From contig CALBRH010000048.1 of the NCBI GenBank assembly GCA_937899865.1, positions 1-20,068 of the forward strand: a DNA stretch of 20,068 bases. The letters run 5' to 3'. Of the stretch, positions 16,194 to 20,068 are shown piece after piece (position 1 is the stretch's first letter; the number at the start of each line of letters is the position of its first letter). This DNA comes from an uncultured euryarchaeote (lineage in GTDB: Archaea > Thermoplasmatota > Poseidoniia > Poseidoniales > Poseidoniaceae). The translations under genes were made by a program, and so were the position numbers. The notes beneath the pieces are model-generated. The model had not been told where the DNA came from, did not search any database, and saw only the letters and a program-made list of their open reading frames with translations.

Positions 16194-17393
16194 ATGGTTA
16201 TGAGCCAGCATAGAGTCGTGATATGTGGTGTAGCAAGGACTCCAATTGGTAGTTTCATGGGTACATTATCGTCAATGACAGCGGTAGAACTTGGTGTTGC
16301 AACTGTTAAGGAACTTTGCGATAGGGTCGGAATCGATGCTGCAAGTGGAATCGTTGATGAGATTCTATTCGGACAAGTTCTTCAAGCAGGTTGTGGACAA
16401 AATCCTGCTAGACAAGTTGCATTAGGAGCAGGATTGCCAGTTTCTACAGCTGCTACTACAATCAACAAGGTATGTGGCAGTTCTTTAGAGGCAGCAATGA
16501 TGGCAGCAAATAGCATCATCGCTGGTAAATCAAAGGTAGTAATTGCCGGTGGAATGGAAAGTATGTCTAATGCGCCACAATTATTGATAGGTCAGAGAAA
16601 AGGCAAGAAGATGGGTGATTCAAAACTTATTGATTCGATGATCCATGATGGTTTGTGGGATGTATACAATGATATTCACATGGGCAATACAGGTGAAACT
16701 ATAGCGGAAGAATCTGGAATTAGTAGAATTGATTCTGATGAGTTTGCTATTCGAAGTCATCAAAGAGCTGCAGAAGCATGGCATCAAGGTTGGTTTGATT
16801 GGGAAACCTTCACTGTGAATGTTCCTCAAAGGAAGGGAGATGATGTTCAGTTCAGTAAGGATGAAGGAATTAAACCAAATTCTAATCTTCAAACATTGTC
16901 AAATCTACGCCCTGTTTTTAACAATCAAGGACAAGTCACAGCAGGAAATGCTAGCACTCTAAATGATGGTGCTAGTGCAGTATTAATCACAAGCGAATCA
17001 AATGCTGTCGAGAATGGATGGGATATAATTGCTTATATTGACGATTATTGCACCAGTGGTGTTGAGCCTCACAGAGTAATGAGTGCGCCAATTCCTGCAA
17101 TTAAGACTCTACTTGAGCGCAATTCACTTGAGGTATTAGATGTCGATATTTACGAGCACAATGAAGCGTTTGCTTCAGCATCATGTGCTATAGCAAAAGA
17201 ACTAGCAATTCCACATGATAGATTCAATCTAAATGGTGGTGCAATTTCACTCGGTCATCCACTGGGTAGTAGTGGCACTAGATGTCTAATTACTATGATA
17301 GGTATAATGCGCAGAACCGAATCAAAATCTGGCATTGTTACATTGTGTTTAGGCGGTGGCAATGCAGTTGCAATGCTTGTCAAAATCCAGTGA
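16194..17393 (+). CDS. Acetyl-CoA C-acetyltransferase (thiolase), bacterial-like type
   Basis: TTINKVCGS (nucleophilic Cys), GNASTLNDGASA, NEAFA, GAISLGHPLG and LCLGGG. The start is ATG 16194 or 16200. Confidence 0.96.
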   Translation: MVMSQHRVVICGVARTPIGSFMGTLSSMTAVELGVATVKELCDRVGIDAASGIVDEILFGQVLQAGCGQNPARQVALGAGLPVSTAATTINKVCGSSLEAAMMAANSIIAGKSKVVIAGGMESMSNAPQLLIGQRKGKKMGDSKLIDSMIHDGLWDVYNDIHMGNTGETIAEESGISRIDSDEFAIRSHQRAAEAWHQGWFDWETFTVNVPQRKGDDVQFSKDEGIKPNSNLQTLSNLRPVFNNQGQVTAGNASTLNDGASAVLITSESNAVENGWDIIAYIDDYCTSGVEPHRVMSAPIPAIKTLLERNSLEVLDVDIYEHNEAFASASCAIAKELAIPHDRFNLNGGAISLGHPLGSSGTRCLITMIGIMRRTESKSGIVTLCLGGGNAVAMLVKIQ

Positions 17394-17487
17394 CGGCGCG
17401 AAAATCTAACCATGCAGGTAGACATAAAACCTTCATTCTATACTGTGGGTATCAAATAGGGCAGTAAGGCGGCATTGATTGTTGGAT

Positions 17488-18912
17488 ATGGTGTCTTTCT
17501 CGGATCTTGGAGTTTCCAGAGAACTAGTAAGGGCACTTGCTGCTCAAGGAATTGACAAACCCTTTGAGGTACAAACAGAATCAATTCCAGATGGAATGTT
17601 AGGCAATGATTTATGTTGTCGAGCACCTACAGGTTCAGGTAAAACATTAGCATTTGGTTTGCCATTGATTGAGCGAACGAAGCCAGCTGAACCAGGATTC
17701 CCCACATCACTAATTTTAACTCCTACAAGAGAACTTGCAGAGCAAATTTTCCAAGTTTTAGACCCTCTTTCAAGAGAACATAACTTGTATACCTATGCCG
17801 TGTATGGAGGAGTCTCTTACAATAAGCAGTTTAAGGCATTAGACCGCGGTGTTGATATTTTAGTTGCCTGCCCTGGTAGATTACTTGATTTGCTTGATAG
17901 AGGGTCCATTTCACTAGAAGATGTAGATATTGTAGTTCTTGATGAAGCAGATAGAATGGCAGATATGGGTTTCATCAAACCGGTTTGTCAAATTCTTGAT
18001 GAGTGTAGAAAAGACCGACAAACAATTCTGTTCAGTGCTACTTTGGATGATGAGGTTGCTGATTTAGTGAGAGATTATCAAAACAATCCGGTTACTATTG
18101 AAGTTGGTCCTAAAGAGGTTTCAATGGACAGTATGACTCATTATTTCTGGCTGATGCCCAACTCAAAGAAATCAACAATTTGTTCAGAAGTAATTAGAAA
18201 ATGTGGGAGAACAATTGTGTTTTGTCGAACAAGAGCTGGCACAGATAGAGTTGGAGATGATTTGACTTATGATGGCTTAGCTGCCCAAACCTTACACGGT
18301 GGCCTTTCACAAAAGCAGCGTGATAGAGCGATGTCTAGATTCCAAAACGGTGAATGTATGGCTCTAATTGCAACCGATGTTGCAGCACGTGGAATTGATG
18401 TAGATGGGGTAAACTGTGTCATACATTACGATCCACCAGAAAACGGTAAGGCCTACAAGCACAGAAGCGGTAGAACTGCTCGTGGTGGTTCAACTGGAAT
18501 TGTAATTTCATTGATTCAAAAGCCACAAAGAAAAACCGTAAGTAAAATCCAGCGTGAAGTAGGCATCAATGTCGAATTTACTCCCCCAGAGTTCGGTGAT
18601 TTGCCTGAATTCGAAGTAGAATTCATTGGTGCTAGCCGTCGTCGTAGTTTTGGCAGCAGAAATCGCAATGAAACAAAGCGAGGGCATTATGGAAGACGTA
18701 ATCGTCCAAATCAGCGTTCAAATAATTCTAATAGAAATGCTAAACCTAAACCTCAAGAAAAGTCTAACCGAAGGTACAACAAGAAAAAACCACGTAATAC
18801 TCATCAAAGACCAAACAGAGGCAATAAATCTAATCAAAATAATAACAATAAGAATTTCAGGCAAAATAGACGAGGCAATAATAACTCTAACAAACGCCGT
18901 AACAAGAGATGA
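17488..18912 (+). CDS. DEAD-box RNA helicase with an Asn/Arg-rich C-terminal tail (~474 aa)
   Basis: Q motif FEVQ, GSGKT, PTRELAEQ, GG, CPGRLLD, DEAD, SAT, HGGLSQKQR, ATDVAARGID and HRSGRTAR. ATG 17488 is preferred over TTG 17479. Confidence 0.96.
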   Translation: MVSFSDLGVSRELVRALAAQGIDKPFEVQTESIPDGMLGNDLCCRAPTGSGKTLAFGLPLIERTKPAEPGFPTSLILTPTRELAEQIFQVLDPLSREHNLYTYAVYGGVSYNKQFKALDRGVDILVACPGRLLDLLDRGSISLEDVDIVVLDEADRMADMGFIKPVCQILDECRKDRQTILFSATLDDEVADLVRDYQNNPVTIEVGPKEVSMDSMTHYFWLMPNSKKSTICSEVIRKCGRTIVFCRTRAGTDRVGDDLTYDGLAAQTLHGGLSQKQRDRAMSRFQNGECMALIATDVAARGIDVDGVNCVIHYDPPENGKAYKHRSGRTARGGSTGIVISLIQKPQRKTVSKIQREVGINVEFTPPEFGDLPEFEVEFIGASRRRSFGSRNRNETKRGHYGRRNRPNQRSNNSNRNAKPKPQEKSNRRYNKKKPRNTHQRPNRGNKSNQNNNNKNFRQNRRGNNNSNKRRNKR

Positions 18913-18955
18913 TTATTACTCAGATATGACGACTTTGGGTAATGTAAGTCATCTC
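18906..18955. terminator. Imperfect inverted repeat between convergent genes, possible bidirectional terminator
   Basis: GAGATGA (18906-18912) pairs with TCATCTC (18949-18955). The inner ATTACTCAGA (18915-18924) pairs with TTTGGGTAAT (18934-18943) with two G-U pairs. There is no clear U-tract. Confidence 0.35.
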
Positions 18956-19368
18956 GCATTTAGGTAGTAAGCGAAATTGATTATTCCAGCAAAACTTACC
19001 CATATGATGTATGGCCAAACTAAGATCGAAGCATTTTTTGCTGGCTCGAAAATCACATAAGCGTAAATTGTAGTGAAAATCACCATTACTATAATCATCA
19101 AGAAAGATGTCAAATATTGTGCAGAATTAAATACACCTGGCCACATTAAGTTTACAATGAGTTGAATAATGAATAAAACGATAATTAAGTTACTTTTGGA
19201 AATTTCCTCCTTTTTTGATAGCATCATCATAAAACTGATAGCTAACATGGTGTAGAGAACTAACCAAATTGGGCCAATAATCCATCCAGGTGGTTCAAAC
19301 CACGGTTCATAGTCCGAATCAAATGTCACGTTATCATAATGTCGTAGAAGTTCACAATAGAAAAACAA
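18949..19368 (-). CDS. tspO: TspO/MBR family membrane protein, short form
   Basis: PWFEPPGWIIGPIWLVLY, QLIVNLMWPGVF and LVWPYIIWVSFAGIIN. The start is uncertain: TTG 19368 or GTG 19329 (MTFDSDYEPWF). Confidence 0.9.
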   Translation of the reverse strand: MFFYCELLRHYDNVTFDSDYEPWFEPPGWIIGPIWLVLYTMLAISFMMMLSKKEEISKSNLIIVLFIIQLIVNLMWPGVFNSAQYLTSFLMIIVMVIFTTIYAYVIFEPAKNASILVWPYIIWVSFAGIINFAYYLNAR

Positions 19369-19459
19369 TTGTTCTATAAATAATTCTTAGACATAACTAA
19401 TAATTTTGAATTGATAATATAGACACTTAACTTAAGTAACTAGGATTTTTGGACCATTC

Positions 19460-20068
19460 ATGTCACTTGCACCTACCGATTATGACTATGGAAGCCCGTC
19501 AAATTATGCCTTTGCACAAAAAATAACATGTAAATCAGAAGAAACCCGAAAAATGTTTGCTGAAGCATGGGGTCATATGCTTAACTACAACCATGAACAA
19601 GCAATTGCATGTTTCTCAAAGTGTACTGAACTTGAACCTGATTGTGCAATGGCTTGGTGGGGTATTTCTTACTGTGTTTCATCAAACTACAACTGGGCAC
19701 CAGGATTAGGTTCTGGTCACGATTCAATTCAGCAAGCAATATCTGTAATGGATGGATGTTCAGAATTAGAACAAGATCTAATCAGAGCATTATCTACTCG
19801 CCACTCAGCTGAGGCTAGAGATGCAGCAGACCCGACTGTACTCAATATGGGAAACAGCCCAGAATTGAATGTAGCATTTGCTGAAGCAATGGCGCCATTG
19901 TATGAAAAGTACAGTGGCGATTTAGATGTAACTGCAATCTACGTAGAAGGGCTGATGAACCTAAAAGCTTGGCAGTTATGGGACAAAAATACCACCACTG
20001 GAGAAATAACTCCTGCAGATGACAATACGTTACTGCTAGTCAAAATCATGGAAGATGCCTTTGAAAAT
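19460..20068 (+). CDS. TPR-like repeat protein, 5' portion only (runs off the window end)
   Basis: My translation from ATG 19460 has no stop to the window end: MSLAPTDYDYGSPSNYAFAQKITCKSEETRKMFAEAWGHMLNYNHEQAIACFSKCTELEPDCAMAWWGISYCVSSNYNW... The NHEQA..F..C.ELEPDCAMAWWGI and AMAPLYEKYSGDLDVTAIYVEGLMNL.AW.LW segments resemble a widespread bacterial/fungal TPR-domain family. It is not in the supplied ORF track. Confidence 0.85.
   Translation, partial: MSLAPTDYDYGSPSNYAFAQKITCKSEETRKMFAEAWGHMLNYNHEQAIACFSKCTELEPDCAMAWWGISYCVSSNYNWAPGLGSGHDSIQQAISVMDGCSELEQDLIRALSTRHSAEARDAADPTVLNMGNSPELNVAFAEAMAPLYEKYSGDLDVTAIYVEGLMNLKAWQLWDKNTTTGEITPADDNTLLLVKIMEDAFEN

Noticed and set aside
17860-17885. CPGR instead of TPGR in helicase motif Ib
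   Set aside because: I recall this variant from other bacterial DEAD-box proteins, and all other motifs are intact.
18626-18967. 113-aa ORF overlapping the helicase tail
   Set aside because: It is an alternative-frame read of low-complexity sequence that overlaps two supported genes.
19357-19437. Short AT-rich palindromes (AACAATTGTT, ACTTAAGT) near the tspO/TPR divergent spacer
   Set aside because: They are expected by chance in very AT-rich sequence.
10896-20068. Run of bacterial-looking genes around tRNA-Phe, considered as an integrated island
   Set aside because: There is no integrase, no duplicated tRNA 3' end and no obvious compositional break. Old, independent acquisitions are the simpler explanation.

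Overview
AT-rich, gene-dense prokaryotic window. It most likely comes from a Marine Group II-type archaeon (Poseidoniales); this is an inference from protein styles, not a database match. Contents in order: a ~2060-aa membrane-anchored surface protein (seven FG-GAP repeats, ~20 thrombospondin-3-like Ca2+ loops, TM helix, disordered tail), followed co-directionally by an EF-hand/zinc-ribbon protein. Next come an M29-like aminopeptidase homolog that appears to lack half of its metal ligands, divergent from an intact M32 carboxypeptidase; a small 2-TM protein; dihydroorotase; and Mog. A 700-aa membrane protein follows, in which a PF06695/DedA-like domain looks split by a large insert. The window ends with tRNA-Phe(GAA), a bacterial-type RNase PH, a thiolase, a DEAD-box helicase, a TspO lacking its first helix, and a TPR-type protein cut by the window end (absent from the ORF track). 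No mobile element, integrase or CRISPR array is visible. All family assignments come from motif recognition by eye; no searches were run.
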